64,000 nucleotides of DNA from Octopus sinensis (Eukaryota): contig NC_042998.1 of assembly GCF_006345805.1 (NCBI RefSeq), positions 4,960,001 through 5,024,000 on the forward strand, in the 5' to 3' direction. The first letter of the stretch is position 1, and the number at the start of each line of letters is the position of its first letter. The position numbers and the translations under genes were made by a program. Of the stretch, positions 1-14,362 are shown one piece after another. The notes beneath the pieces are model-generated. The model ran no database searches, was not told where the DNA came from, and saw only the letters and a list, made by a program, of their open reading frames with translations.

Positions 1-1013
1 TAATTTTCTTAACGCAAGTAATTAAACGCACACGTAGTTTAACTATATACGTCGTCATCTGAAATTGTGGATACTTTTGAATATAGAAATCAATTATATC
101 TGTCAATATCCAATCAAGTCAGCTTGGAACTAAACAACTGAATTTTGCAGCACCGTTATCTCTGCTTGTTGGCATGAGAAACTGATATCAATGGATATAA
201 TTTTAAATGAGATTAATTAACCTGTGCATGAGTGAAATACTTGTTGAATTTGTAGTATGACTTTTATGGCTTTGTTGTTCAAAGGCCAAAATGAAACCAT
301 GTATATTTAGTTCATATTTCGGAACAGCAATATTTATAGAATTCATTACATCAAAAGATGTTTCATAATACAGACCCTCAATGCTTGAATATAATTAAAT
401 AAAGTAATATTATCAACTCTCCTTATTTCAAACCAAATTGATGAAATATTTTGTGCAACATATGAACGACATTGACAAGTTTCCAGATAATTGGTAAGGC
501 TAAAAATATGAGTCCAAAATTATAATTAGTTTCCGCTGGAGGATGTTTATGAAAGTAAGTTTAGGAAAAATTTTACAGAAACAAAATTTTATAGAACGAA
601 ACATATGCGGAAAATTTGTTGTAATTTAAAAAAAAAATGTTTTCGGTTTCTTATATATAAAGTCTGTTGTTTGGTTTTCACAGAAAAAAAAAAGAGAAGA
701 AAAAATCGCGTATGCCTCAAAGAATTTTTGTTTTGTTATGTCAAAGTGCGCAAAGCTCTGAGCAACATGTCTGCACTCTTTGACTATAAAAGAAACAACA
801 ACAAATAAAATGTCTATGAGGACAAATAAACCAGACAAAGAAAGAAACAAACTGTCTGGGTTATGGATGTTGCATTACACACCCATACACACATGCATGA
901 ATGTGTTGATGTATGTGTATGCTTTCATATGCGTAGACATAAATACATATAAACATTATTTACATATGTAACTAGATATGATATGTTCATGTGTTACATA
1001 TGTGTGCGTATGT

Positions 1014-1016
<3 letters not shown>

Positions 1017-1071
<55 letters not shown>

Positions 1072-1281
1072 TATATATTATATATATATATAATGAATGT
1101 ACGCTTATTATAAAGAATTTATTATAAAGAAAAAAAGGAAAAAGAAAAACTACATCATACACAAAGTACCTTCTTTTCTTTAAGCTGAAAATTACTTCGA
1201 GTTTCAAGCATTAAAACTATCCTTTAGCCACACACACACAAACACACTTGCATACATACCCAAATATATATGTGCATATAT

Positions 1282-1331
<50 letters not shown>

Positions 1332-1473
1332 CACAATCACAATCTTTTATTGTTAAATTCGTCTAGTTGCTTTTGTTGTTATAGTTGTTGTTGCTGCTGC
1401 TGTTGTTGTTATTATTATTATTATTATTATCATCATTATCATTATTATCATTATCATTATTATTATTATTATT
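1017..1473. repeat. Microsatellite cluster: (TA)n then (TTG)/(TTA)/(ATC)n
   Basis: Visible dinucleotide runs at 1017-1092 and about 1262-1330, and trinucleotide runs at about 1367-1473. Confidence 0.95.
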
Positions 1474-1922
1474 CAGTAGTTTTATTTTTATAGCGTGCTT
1501 TCACTTCACTACCGAGCGCAGCTCTGTGTGCCTTGGGTATGTGCTGTGATTTGTTGTGATGCTCTGATGGTTATTGTATGGAAAGTGTTCTGCGTAGGAT
1601 GTGTGCAGTGCCTAGTAGTGCAATTTTCTGTATGTTATATGTGTTTGTAAGTCCTGGTGTTTTTGTTATGTATTTGTCTGAATATTTTTTTATCATGCCT
1701 AATGCACCTATTATGATAGGAATTGTTTCTGTTTTCAGGTTCCACATTCTAGTTACCTCTATTTCCAGGTCTTTGTATTTTGAGAGTTTCTCCATTTCTT
1801 TTAGAGACACGTTATCATCTGCCGGTATTGATACATCAATTAGAAAGCATTTTTTTCTTCATGATCTCTGACAACTATATCTGGTCTGTTGGCCTTAATT
1901 TCTCTATCTGTGTGTATCGGCA

Positions 1923-1923
<1 letters not shown>
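1474..1923 (-). mobile_element. 3' end of an R4/Dong-type non-LTR retrotransposon (restriction-like endonuclease domain plus 3' UTR), 5'-truncated
   Basis: Minus strand reads MPIHTDREIKANRPDIVVRDHEEK, then a 1-nt shift in an A-run near 1850, then CFLIDVSIPADDNVSLKEMEKLSKYKDLEIEVTRMW...PIIIGALG...IQKIALLGTAHILRRTL* (ORF 1571-1810). This is a PD-(D/E)xK RLE motif. The 3' UTR runs directly into (TAA)n. Confidence 0.9.
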
Positions 1924-2000
<77 letters not shown>

Positions 2001-2103
2001 CATTATTATTATTATCATTATCATTACTATTATTATCATTATCATTATTATTATGATTATTATCATTATCATTACTATTATTATCATTATCATTATTATT
2101 ATG

Positions 2104-2152
<49 letters not shown>

Positions 2153-2160
2153 TATTATTA
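1922..2160. repeat. (TTA/ATC)n trinucleotide microsatellite
   Basis: Visible run; source of the poly-Ile ORFs. Confidence 0.95.
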
Positions 2161-2352
2161 AGACTATATAGGACCGAGGTAACTCATCCAGAAGTTATAC
2201 ACAAATAAATAGAAGAAATTGGTTGAACGATATTTCGGCATCTAGCGTGCCTTCGACAGATTAAAAAATTTCAACCAATTTCACATGATATGGCACTCTT
2301 CTATTTATTTGTGTATACATTCTGGATGAGATACCTCGGTCCTTTATAGTCT
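2161..2352. mobile_element. Foldback/MITE-like element with ~56 bp terminal inverted repeats; partial second copy at 2381-2467
   Basis: 2161-2216 (agactatataggaccgaggtaactcatccagaagttatacacaaataaatagaaga) is the near reverse complement of 2297-2352. Flanks are TTA/TAA, compatible with a TA or TTAA target duplication. Confidence 0.75.
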
Positions 2353-2466
2353 TAACAAATAATGAAGTAGACTGACATGTAATATTTGAACCTGTCGAAG
2401 GCAACGCTGGATGCCGAAATATTGTTCAACAAATTTCACATGACATGGCAATCTTCTATTTTTTGT

Positions 2467-2467
<1 letters not shown>

Positions 2468-2501
<34 letters not shown>

Positions 2502-2531
2502 TATTATTATTACTATTATTTTTTATTGTTA

Positions 2532-2577
<46 letters not shown>

Positions 2578-2620
2578 TATTATTGTTGTTGTTGTTGTTG
2601 TTGTTATTATTATTATTATA
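2468..2620. repeat. (ATC)/(TTA)/(TTG)n microsatellite
   Basis: Visible run. Confidence 0.95.
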
Positions 2621-3645
2621 TGTTTGGATTTTGCTTTGTATTTGTACAATTTGACTCCAAGTCTCACCCAGAGACATCAAGAGACAAGTTAGAAGTTCAA
2701 GTTGGTATTATGACTACGATACCATATTTTTGGTTTTGCACAAAGTATTGTTCTAGAGAATGTCTGTGAAAACACAAGAAAATTAGAAGATTGTTCTAAA
2801 ATAAATTTGGTTTCAATATGATAGTGTGATGTTAAGATGACAGTAAAGGTGTTTCTATATTTAAAAGTATTTCGATTCTGTTTAGACTGAAACGTTTTAG
2901 GGATTACATAGAGATTTTTTTTTTTTGGATATGAGCAGTTCCCATGAGCACTAGTTTTTGAATTTCTTCCAGTTTTTGATTTCTTGGTATCTGGGATAGG
3001 TAGCAAGCAGTTATTTTTGCTATCATTGAGGTTCCACGTTTCGCCAATTTCTATTTAAATATCTTTATACTTGTTCAGTTTTTGGTAGGTCTTGATAGAT
3101 ACATTTATGCCAATCGGGATAGTCATATCATTGAGGAGGCATGATTTATGTTTGCAATCTTGCAATATAATGTCTGGCCTATTTGCATCTATCTTTATGT
3201 CAGTTTGAGCAGTAAAGTTCCAAAGGAGTGAGATGTGGTCACTTTCAAGCACTGGGGGTGGTTTGTATTCCCACCAGTTTTTATCATGGGTCAGGTTCAA
3301 GTCTTTGTAAATCACCCAGTGAATATACTGTACTGCTCTATCAAGGGTTTTCATACACTTAATTTCTTTTGTGCTTGTTCCCAGCATGTCTAAGTCAGGG
3401 ATTTGTTGTATTTGCAATTCGCTTATATATTTCTTTGCCTGTTTTGTTACCGAGTATGATGTTTACTTGTTTTCTTGATTATGACACATTTTATCATCAA
3501 ATACGCAGAGTTTTTCAGGTAAGTTTTTAGGCCAATTTTGGCAATCTTCATAGTCAATTACAGTTATAAAGTCCACAGTCCCCCTCTTTTCTTGGCAGGT
3601 ATAGTCGTTCAATGTCTATCTTCGAGTGGTGCAGATTATTCATTT
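2620..3645 (-). mobile_element. Degenerate, internally deleted R4/Dong-type LINE (post-RT region, RLE domain, 3' UTR)
   Basis: Minus strand gives NNLHHSKIDIERLYLPRKEG (about 3570-3630) and ORF 3055-3417 with YIHWVIYK...WWEYKPPPVLESDHISLLWNF...TDIKIDANRPDIILQD...KTYQKLNKYKDI. The 3' end runs into (TAA)n at about 2620. Confidence 0.8.
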
Positions 3646-5499
3646 TATTATTACTATTATTGTTGTTGTTATCATCGTTATTAGTAGCAGCAGCATAAAA
3701 GGTGATTGGATGAAATCCAGTACAGATGTGGGAGGCTGAAATAGAAGAATGTGGGAATATTCTGATACAGAAACCTAGAAATAACTATTATTAGACGAAA
3801 TCAAACAGATTTTAGATTAGTAAGTGTTTATGATACTATGGTGAAGGGCGTTTTGTCCACGCTCGAATGTTTGACTCTGTAACTTTAGGTGAGATAAAAA
3901 AGTTTGGGTTAACGCAGATAATTATTGTATATTGAAGAACATCAGAAGTAATTAAGCCCGCATTGCTTCATTAGTTCTGTGGAAACTTTAACATAGGTCG
4001 CTATGAGACAGATCATTACAGATTGGTTTTACTTCTGAGATGTTTTATTGTATAGAAAATATAGAGAAAAGCATCTCCCTTGTTTATGGTACCATAATGT
4101 TACCATTATTCTGTTGAAGATCGTATATTGTCTGTCCCCTTTGTTGGACCTATTGGACACGCGGCTATTAAATGCTATGAGTATGAACTATGAGTAGGAA
4201 GGTTATATGACAGTGAAAGATATAGTATTTATAAAGTTACGAGCAACTGTAAGTAAATCATTGTTGCATAGAGCTGTAATTTGCTTTATCTCTATATGCA
4301 GTATGGCTTAACTTTTGAGATCTATCTAGGGCCAGGTATTTATCAATTTTGATATATTAGGATGATTTTATAAACAATTTCATAATTTACATTTATGTTG
4401 TATGTTCCATGTTTATTTTTTATTTGTAAAAATAAGCCACATTTATTTAGCTTTCTAGAAGTTATTACTTGTTGACATTCACTATTTAGATATTTTCTTT
4501 CACATATTATATTCTAGCCTTGGAATTAAATCGAAATATTTTCATTAACTGTAGATTTAAAGTATTTTGTATCACATGGAGTATCGTGTTTACCTATGAT
4601 TAAAGGAAAAGAGAAATAGAATTTCATTTCCCAAACCGAGAAAATAGGTTAAAACTCATCCCATGAAAATATACAATAATTACATTCTTACATCAATTTT
4701 TATTAAGTTTTCTGTGCAAATCTTCCGGTTACTTACGGTAGGTATTCTACATTACTAGTTCAATAGCTTATAAACGCAAGCACAAAATCTAAACAGTAAA
4801 AACGTAAATCTTTATCCGTAATTTTACCCACTTCAAAAGATCTAATTTTGCAATCGTTGCTTACTATTTTTCACGTATCGCATTTGATACTTCTGAATAT
4901 CTATCTCTTGGCCATTGTTGTTTCTTCCTTCTTAGTATTTGAATGTTGCTTAGACTAATTTGAATAAAATTCAGATACCATTAGAGAACAAACCTACTGT
5001 ACACCCTGCCTGAACTGTTCTGGTAGGAACGAGACATTTTGGATCAATGGAGATAAATATACAATGGAGATAAGTATACAATCATCATTGATAACTTTAA
5101 ATAAATCAAACCTTTTCCATTGGGACATCGGCTCACGAACTAAAGTTGGTGAAATCTTTGACAAACGAATGCCACTATAATCGGTTCTGAACAGCTTTCA
5201 CAGAGAGATTTGTAGATTAGCTACCCATTTGTCATTTTACGTTATAAACATACGTGGTTACCCACACCGAAGATTGCCCTAAATAATATACTTGTCCGAT
5301 GCTATTGACCGGATAACAGTAAATATGTACAAAATGATTAAGTTTCCACTTTTGCACTGTTTTCGTCTAAGAGTATTATTTATCTCGTCTAGAACTTATG
5401 CGATCTCACTGTTCCTGCAGTGATCTGTTGTACGTAATGCCAGCCCTACAGCTCATAGCTGTCATCTTTGCACCATTGCCTTATAATTTGCAGCTATGC

Positions 5500-5900
5500 C
5501 TCATAGATGATCAGAACAGCTGAAGTAACCAGTGACCGTACCAATCACGTCTTTGTATTAAGGGATGCACAGATAACATGCGACACGCTGTTCTGGTCGA
5601 GTGATCCAAACTCATTGTCGAGTGATCCAAACTCAACCAGCTGCAGATCTTCTAGCATTGTAACAATTACTGTAGATATAAGGACTAAGGATCGCATCTT
5701 CCAACCAACTAGATCAGCTGGCCATCGAGCCGAAACATTGCACATTCTTTCGATTATACAACCATTAATTTAATCTTGCTGACATTTGGTGTACACCGAG
5801 TATTGCGCGGAACAATTTTACACGGAATGATAGATCCTTGCACTCCTTGCAGCCAGTTGTGATCATAGCGGTATTATCGATGGACTGCAAGTTTCTAATG
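5500..5900 (-). mobile_element. Possible very old RTE-type LINE relic
   Basis: Motifs TGCKE / FRAILGV / ARWPADLV occur in the order expected for YGCETW / LRRILGI / LRWAGHL; heavily degraded. Contains a 21-bp tandem duplication at about 5597-5636. Confidence 0.3.
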
Positions 5901-6159
5901 TATGCAATTAGTAGATATGCTACAAATAAATTTTTGAAATGTCCTCAATCTTCATGTCTGAAGAAGGAAGGAAATAGGCGATTTATATTATGATATTGAA
6001 AACTGAACATTATTTATAATGAGGTTTTTTCAACAATGTTTAGGTTGTAGGTTACTTAATGCGATCTGTTGATTACCGGTTGCTTCAAAAGATTCGCTTT
6101 CCAACTCTCGTATGAAATAATTTTCTTGGCTCCATTAGGTTTAATTCAATCAATTATAT

Positions 6160-6607
6160 CAATATTCTTGTCTACTCTAGGCACAAGGGCCCGAAATTTT
6201 GGGGGAGGGGTCCAGTCGATTAGATCAACACCAGTACGTAAATGGTACTTAATTTACCGACCCCGGAAGTATAAAAGGCAAAGTCGACCTCGGCGGAATT
6301 TGAACTCAGAACGTAAAGACAGACAAAATATATCTAAGCATTTTGCGCGGCGTGCTAACTTTTCTGCCAGGTCGTTGCTTTCAATTATATCAATATTCTT
6401 TTCTACTCTAGGCAGAAGGCCAGAAATTTCTTGTGGGGACCAGTCAATTAGATTGACACCAGTACGCTACTGGTACTTAATTTATCGACCGCGAAAGGAT
6501 GAAAGGTAAAGTCGACCTCGGCGGAATTTGAGCTCAGAACGTAAACACACAAAATAACGTTAAGTATTTCACCCTGCGTGCTAACGTTTCTGCCAGCTCG
6601 CTGCCTT
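6160..6607 (-). mobile_element. Two tandem SINE-A copies (subfamily with a ...gtagaaaagaatatt tail)
   Basis: Core gtcgacctcggcggaatttga(a/g)ctcagaacgt twice; the flank tcaattatatcaat is repeated at about 6148 and 6381. Confidence 0.9.
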
Positions 6608-7869
6608 TCAATTATTAGAACAGAATTACAACAGAATTCGTCTTTTACGTCTTCTTAGTACATAACTAATTCCTTACGGCAATAAACACATCGTTATTTT
6701 TAAAATTAATAAACCTTTCAAACTATCTCTTTCGGAATATGAAATTAAAGAAAAAATAAAATGGTTATATGGAATATAAAGAAAATTTAGTCTCATGAAT
6801 AAAATTTGACATTAAATACCAAATACCAAGCATTTGTGAACAAACTTTCATCACTTTCTTTTTTCTACTTTATCCAAATGCTTCTAAATGCAATCTTTTC
6901 TTTTACTTCACCCATTATTTCAGAATATGATATTCTTAATACAATTGTCCAAACAAGATACATTTTTTAAAAATTTTATACGGAATCGTAGTTAGAATTG
7001 AGAATCCGAGGACACATGCTTTACAAAAATTCAGTCATTCAAATAACGAAGTTTATCTCGAGCGTATTCTCTTGATATTGTTTCATTTTTCTACAATTTT
7101 CTGCTTCCGTGCTCTCAAATCAAACTATTATGTCTTGCTATGTTTCTCTTACGTATAATACTTTGATTTTGATTTCCGTTAATTTCTACTTTTATAAATT
7201 TAAAGCTAAGTTTTATGAATTAGCTATAGTGAAACAGTTGATGCTAGGCTCCACATATATATTACCTGAAAATAGTACTGCACTACATTAACAAGAACTC
7301 GTCCACAGTTCTATATGTTTATTAATACCAAAGATAATAAAAGCGTTAGAAGTAGTAATGTGCTCAACTAACTGTCCTCAGGTTAATTCCTGTCTATAAA
7401 TCCTAAGATATTTCACACGGACTTACTTCCATCGATATGCTATAAAATAAATATTTGAAATACTATGATTGAATCTATCTCATAAATATTGTAATCATGC
7501 AAAACAAAAGCTTTATACCGACCATCGATATCAGCATAGTTTCCTTTATATTTTTATCATCACTACCACCATCATCCTCATCCTCATTATAATTATTGCC
7601 ATCATCGTAATCATCGCGGCTATCGTCGTTTTCCTTATGATGCTGTCCTTCTCATTATCCTCTCCGCCCTTCTCCTTCCATGGCCTTCTCTCATGTTGCC
7701 ACGGATATCATGTTACTGCCAATAATTTGTTATCTCCAGGCTTTTCTTTCTTTAGCTAATTTTCTGAACTTCTGAGGTCATTAGATATTTTTACATGGCT
7801 TCTAATATTCAATAAACGTAAAGGGTTTCTGTCCATTCCTAGCTGTAGTTACACTTTAGGCTTTGTAAA

Positions 7870-8110
7870 TTGACAAGATAAAGATAAAAGACTGCTCGTG
7901 AAATAGCACGACCGAGTATGATGTTGCAAATGTTTCAATCAACTGCATGGACGACTTCACGAGGGAGCCTCAACTGGCTACAATTAATGAGTAAATATCT
8001 CTCATCTTAATAAAATAACTTCTTGACAAGAAGGATACAATAAACGATATAGTCCTAGATGCAATTATGCTTGAGAACAGGATCGATGATAACAGCTTGA
8101 ATGCTTTTTA
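7870..8110 (+). mobile_element. Old SINE-like interspersed repeat remnant
   Basis: Degenerate segment resembling 14540-14660 and 24690-24830 in style; recognised by pattern only. Confidence 0.3.
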
Positions 8111-8438
8111 CTTTTTAAAAGAAAAACAAAATTGCGTTAATATTTCAAACAAACCTTCATCAGAAGTTTTATTACATGTTTCTAGAAAAAAAGGTTATCA
8201 AATGAGAACACTAAAAACATTAGAAAGTAGTTTAATTGCGTATAACTACGACACAACTTTTTACATCCCCGTAATATATTTCGGTGGAGAGGTTAACAAA
8301 GATGCATAATTAATGTTATTTGAATACCGAAGAATCACAACCTTTTCTTCAAGTCACAATAATTTCTCATTTATTTCTTGTTCTACATGGACGAGAGGAT
8401 CTTTAAATGACTTTTTCGCGCATTTATGTGTTCATACC

Positions 8439-8672
8439 TATTTCTTTACTACCCACAAGGGGCTAAACACAGAGGGAACAAACAAGGACAGACAAACGGA
8501 TTAAGTCGATTATATCGACCCCAGTGCGTAACTGGTACTTAATTTATCGACCCCGAAAGGGATGAAAGGCAAAGTCGACCTCGGCGGAATTTGAACTCAG
8601 AACGTAGCGGCAGACGAAATACCGCTAAGCATTTCGCCCGGCGTGCTAACGTTTCTGCCAGCTCTCCGCCTT
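8439..8672 (-). mobile_element. Full-length SINE-A (tRNA-derived) with target-site duplication
   Basis: Head aaggcggagagctggcagaaac to tail taaagaaata on minus. TSD atgtgttcatacc (8426-8438) / atatgttcatacc (8673-8685). Confidence 0.95.
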
Positions 8673-9029
8673 ATATGTTCATACCGACAATTAAATATTT
8701 AACAACTTTATATTATATATTTTAATATCATCTTCTTACCTGCTTCCATACTGAACAGCAAACGGAGTAAAATACCTTCTGCAAGGGATCGGTAAAATAT
8801 TGAACGAATTTCAGTAAATGCCACGATATACTAGTGCTTATGCATTTGTGCAGCTGTTAGATTATGGTTATATATTCATAATATCTTTGCTTCCGGCTTA
8901 CAACAATTTTTATCAACTACTATAACCACTGCTACTGGCTACCTATTTTTACATTGTTACGTATAATTTTGCCTACCTTATCTCTCTAGTATACTCTCTT
9001 TCATATATTCATGTTACATAAACACACAC

Positions 9030-9235
9030 ACATGTGTGTGTGAGTGAGTGTGGATGTACATATATACGTATATATATAATATATATATATATATATAGAT
9101 AGATATAGATATACATACGTATATATATATATATAGAGAGAGAGAGAGATAGATAGATAGATATACATACGTATATATATATATTATAATATATATATAT
9201 ATATATATTACATATATATGTATATATAATGTATG

Positions 9236-9285
<50 letters not shown>

Positions 9286-9557
9286 TATGTATATGTAACA
9301 AAAATATAGCAAGCAATATAGAAGTGTAGTGAAAATTATATGCGCATAAAGCAATGAAAACCACAGATTATATATTTTGGGCTTATGTTCTCCGTGTTTA
9401 TTAAGCCAAAATTTTAGAAAGTCTTTGGAAAATTTTTGCTGATAAAAACATTGTCCGATGAATGTCCTGCAGACATGAAACTCGAAGCAAACAAACGCGT
9501 ATAATCTTTAGTCGCATTATTTCAGACATTCATATATGTACATAATATATATATATA

Positions 9558-9623
<66 letters not shown>

Positions 9624-9625
9624 TA
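9030..9625. repeat. (TA)n/(GATA)n/(CA)n microsatellite blocks
   Basis: Visible runs at 9030-9300 and 9535-9622. Confidence 0.95.
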
Positions 9626-9969
9626 TATGTGTGTATCATTCCATATGTGTGTGCAGAAGAAAATGTAGGCTGCGTGAATGCCTGTAAGTTGTTTGATAAA
9701 TTTTTTCTGTGTTTGAATGAGTATGTATGTATAGCTGTACATGTTAGTATTAATATACGTAGAAATTACATGTGTATATTTCGAATTTGTTAAACTAACG
9801 TTTATTTGAGGCACAATATCATTAAACACATTTCTAAATATTAGACGCAATAAATGTGTGAGAAATTTCCAATGACAAGGACATAAAATTGTGAGTAAGT
9901 CGAAGTTCTAGACTGGCATTAAATAATGACTTTACCAAAGGTACTGAGTTTTCAGTTGATTCCCAATAA

Positions 9970-10169
9970 CATGAGCTGCCAGAATCTTTAGTACGGAGGT
10001 CAAAACTGCTTAGCAACACATCTTCCGGTCTACACGTTCTGTGTTCAAATTCCGACGAGGTAGACACTCTCTTTCGTTCACGCGCGGTCGCAAGGATAAG
10101 TGCCAGTTGAGAACTTAGTTCGATGTAATCAACTAATTTCCAACCACTAAATTTAACGGTCTCGTGCCA

Positions 10170-10170
<1 letters not shown>
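9970..10170 (+). mobile_element. Diverged SINE-A copy
   Basis: gagctgccagaatc...acgttctgtgttcaaattccgacgaggtagac...gtgccagttg matches the family core. Confidence 0.7.
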
Positions 10171-10479
<309 letters not shown>

Positions 10480-10480
<1 letters not shown>

Positions 10481-10720
10481 ATACAACTGCAACAGCTTGG
10501 GGTTCAAGGACCCACAGCTTTTTAATATCCTCCTACAAAGCCCGAGAGACCTATATCACGTGGATGTAGGCGTCTTCAAAACAAACCTCGATCTCCAGCC
10601 ATCAAAATTGTGTGTGTGTGTGTGTGTGTGTGTTGTGTGTGTGTGTGTGTGTGTGTGTATGAAGACACACGGAATGTGTTGTGCAACCCTACCTGGAGGA
10701 AACTGGAATCCAAGGTGCGA
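10480..10720 (+). mobile_element. CR1-group LINE 3' fragments, same family as 45680-46830
   Basis: CNSLGFKDPQLFNILLQSPRDLYHVDVGVFKTNLD parallels YCNRVGFKEVHLFNILSQSMRDLHGVHVGAYRTKRD in ORF 46277-46525. Confidence 0.75.
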
Positions 10721-10818
10721 GTTGTGCGTATAATGAAGTTGTTTTATATTTTAGAGATGAGAAATTCTGTACATTATTTACATTGTACAGATACGTGTTC
10801 TCATGGTATTTTTGCTGA

Positions 10819-10869
<51 letters not shown>

Positions 10870-10963
10870 TATTATTGTTATTATCTATCCTTCAATCTCT
10901 CTCTCTCTCATTCTGTTTCTCACTCTCCCTACGTATGTACATTGTATACATGCACACACACAC

Positions 10964-11034
<71 letters not shown>

Positions 11035-11163
11035 ATACATATGTGTACATAAATATTTTATATACATATATACATATATATATATATATAGATCAGTGTA
11101 TTTTTACCTTGTTTTGATTACACCTGCGTTAACTCCCTTTTTTATTCATATATATATATATAT

Positions 11164-11329
11164 AGGCGCAAGAGTGGCTGTATGGTAAGTAGCTTGCTAA
11201 CCAACCACATGGTTCCGGGTTCAGTCCCACTGTGAGGCATCTTGGGCAAGTGTCTTCTGCTATAGCCCCGGGCCGACCAATGCCTTGTGAGTGGATTTGG
11301 TAGACGGAAACTGAAAGAAGCCTGTCGTA

Positions 11330-11405
<76 letters not shown>

Positions 11406-11597
11406 TTGTCCCCCTAGCATTGCTTGACAACCGATGCTGGTGTGTTTACGTCCCCGTCACTTAGCGGTTCGGCAAAAGAACCGATAGAATAAGTACTGGG
11501 CTTACAAAGAATAAGTCCCGGGGTCGATTTGCTCGACTAAAGGCGGTGCTCCAGCATGGCCGCAGTTAAATGACTGAAACAAATAAAAGAATAAGAG
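11164..11597 (+). mobile_element. Full-length SINE-C with internal (TA)/(TG) microsatellite
   Basis: tRNA-like head aggcgcaagagtggctgtatggtaag...ggttcagtccc; tail ccagcatggccgcagttaaatgactgaaac...aaaaga; matches 23971-24390 along its length. Confidence 0.95.
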
Positions 11598-12201
11598 AAA
11601 AAAAAGAATATATACATATATATATATTATATATACATGTGTGTGTGTGCACTACTGTAAGGATGAGAAGACTTATAACCGATAAGATGATACACGCAAA
11701 CACACACACATATATATGTGCGCATATATATTCATATACATACGTTTACATAAACACACATACACATAGATATATATGTATAAATGACCGTATAATACTG
11801 TTCTGCTTCTTGAAATGAATAATGTTTTTATATTGAGGTTATTCATAATAATGACCGTGCCTGCATGTTTGTGTGCATATATTTGTGTGTGCGTGTTTGT
11901 CTTTGTATGTGCGTCAATGTATGTTTGTATAGGCATACATATACTTGTGTAGGTATGAGTAAAGGAATATTTCTCTTTGGATTCATTATCCATTTGCTAA
12001 CCAATAGGCTCTCCACCTATTGTGTGCCTTCCCGATATATTTCTAATATCTTCTTAATTGGTTCTATCAGCAATAAACACACGGACTCTTCACTAATATC
12101 GAGAAAACACTGACCTACTTAAAAGAACATTGATTCTGCACATTAAATATATTGCGTACCTTTTAGCCATATTCTATTCGAACACACACGCATACATACA
12201 A

Positions 12202-12461
<260 letters not shown>

Positions 12462-12661
12462 TGTGTATTTTTCCCTTGTTAATAATTCATTTCCCCAAAG
12501 AGAAGACTACATTGTTTTTCACCAGTTTATTCCTTTGGAATAATGACTTGAAAAATCGATCTCAGTAGTTTTTTTTGTTGTTAAGTCTTGTACTGGTATT
12601 GTTAAACCTGGTACACCGACACTTTTGCCGATTCGTCAAATTACGGGGACCTAAGTAAATC

Positions 12662-12790
12662 AACACTGGTTATCAAGGAGTCGTGTGGGACAAACACAAA
12701 CACAAAGACACGCAAGCAAGGTTGTATGCAGTAAGACTGAACCCGGGACCATGTAACTGAAAAGCAAAGTTCTTACCAAACAGCCACACC
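12662..12790 (-). mobile_element. Deleted SINE-C copy
   Basis: actgaacccgggaccatgt...ttcttacca..cagccacacc is the reverse complement of the SINE-C head. Confidence 0.7.
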
Positions 12791-12899
12791 CTGCTGTGAT
12801 TTGCTTATTTATATACTGGATATAGTCGGGATGTACTTTGTAAACAAGTGTTTTAATACATACACACTTTCTCACACTATCAAACATATATGAGCTGTG

Positions 12900-12907
12900 C
12901 TGTTTGT

Positions 12908-12992
<85 letters not shown>
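12900..12992. repeat. (TG)n microsatellite
   Basis: Visible run. Confidence 0.95.
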
Positions 12993-12995
<3 letters not shown>

Positions 12996-13772
12996 GCATA
13001 TGGAAATATTTCTGTTTGGAGAAGACCACCGTCTCCAGATCGAGCAGTTGCATCGCTGAATTTCAACCCATTTCCGTTGATTCATTCTACTACGAGATTT
13101 AAGATGGCTTTACAGCAAAATGGAATATAACTGTATTTTTCTTTGTGTTTCGCCTCCTTTTTTCCACTGTTCCACCTTTTGCATCCATCTTGTTGTTTCG
13201 CGTGATCTCCCTTGTTCTAGCGTCCTCATTTGCAAACTGTATAGGCTTTGTACTCAGACCCGTAAGACTGCTAAGAGACACAAGGCATGTTATGAAAACT
13301 TGCCTAGACTATATCTCCAAAGCATAGAACTATAATCAGCTCGTAAACGTATACTGTGTATATTGAATAATATATCTCACTGGATGTAATACTTTTTTGA
13401 TCTTAACTTAACGGAAAATTAAACTATATATAAATGAGTAATTATCATTTAAACTATGCAAGGTTGTGAAAGGATTATCCCATAAGAGCTTGAAATAGAG
13501 ATCGTTTGCATCTGACTTAACGGACAACTCTACATTATACAATGCAGAGTTTATAAAAGAAAATATTTAAACGATCATACCGGGGGATATCAAGTTAAGA
13601 CCCTGAAAAAACTGCACCGTTCTACAGTAGGGTTGCAATTGCAACGATTACTAGTCGGTGCAATTGAAACATATGTTGGTCTTAAAAGGGAGTACATTAT
13701 TATAGGATTAAAGGTAATGCTATTGCTACTTCGGAGTAATCCTGAGGGTCTAAGTACAAATACCTCAGTATA

Positions 13773-14160
13773 GTATAGGCGCAATGGCCCAGTGGTTAGG
13801 GCAGCGGACTCGCGGTCATAGGATCGCAGTTTCGATTCCCAGACCGGGCGTTGTGAGTGTTTATTGAGCGAAAACACCTAAAAGCTCCACGAGGCTCCGG
13901 CAGGGGATGGTGGTGATCCCTGCTGTACTCTTTCACCACAACTTTCTCTCACTCTTACTTCTGTTTCTGTTGTACCTATATTTCTAAGGGCCGGCCTTGT
14001 CACTCTCTGTGTCACGCTGAATATCCCCGAGGACTACGTTAAGGGTGCACGTGTCTGTGGAGTGCTCAGCCACTTACACGTTAATTTCACGAGCAGGCTG
14101 TTCCGTTGATTCGGATCAACCGGAACCCTCATCGTCGTAACCGACGGAGTGCTTCCACAC
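13773..14160 (+). mobile_element. Full-length SINE-B (tRNA-derived) with 11-bp TSD
   Basis: Head ggcgcaatggcccagtggttagg (A box) and gtttcgattccc (B box); tail gtcgtaaccgacggagtgcttcca. TSD acctcagtata at 13762-13772 and 14161-14171. Confidence 0.95.
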
Positions 14161-14362
14161 ACCTCAGTATAAAATATCCTTTATAGCTTCTTCACGATCG
14201 ACTGGAGGGGTTCTTTGCAGAATTCCGGTTTAAGCATCCAATATAATTCCTCATAACATTTTAATGTTTTGGGATTTTCAAAATACACGAGGATTCATAC
14301 AATTATGATTCTTCTAAATTTTTTTAATGTTTTTTTATTATTATTAATTACAAACAGTTTTG

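Noticed and set aside
5150-5330. RTE-like motifs (YLGQ, LCESC, RFHQ) on the minus strand
   Set aside because: Too degenerate, and out of order relative to the adjacent putative RTE relic.
13778-13850. tRNA genes at SINE-B, -A and -C heads
   Set aside because: A and B boxes are present but there is no complete cloverleaf; each continues into a SINE body with TSDs.
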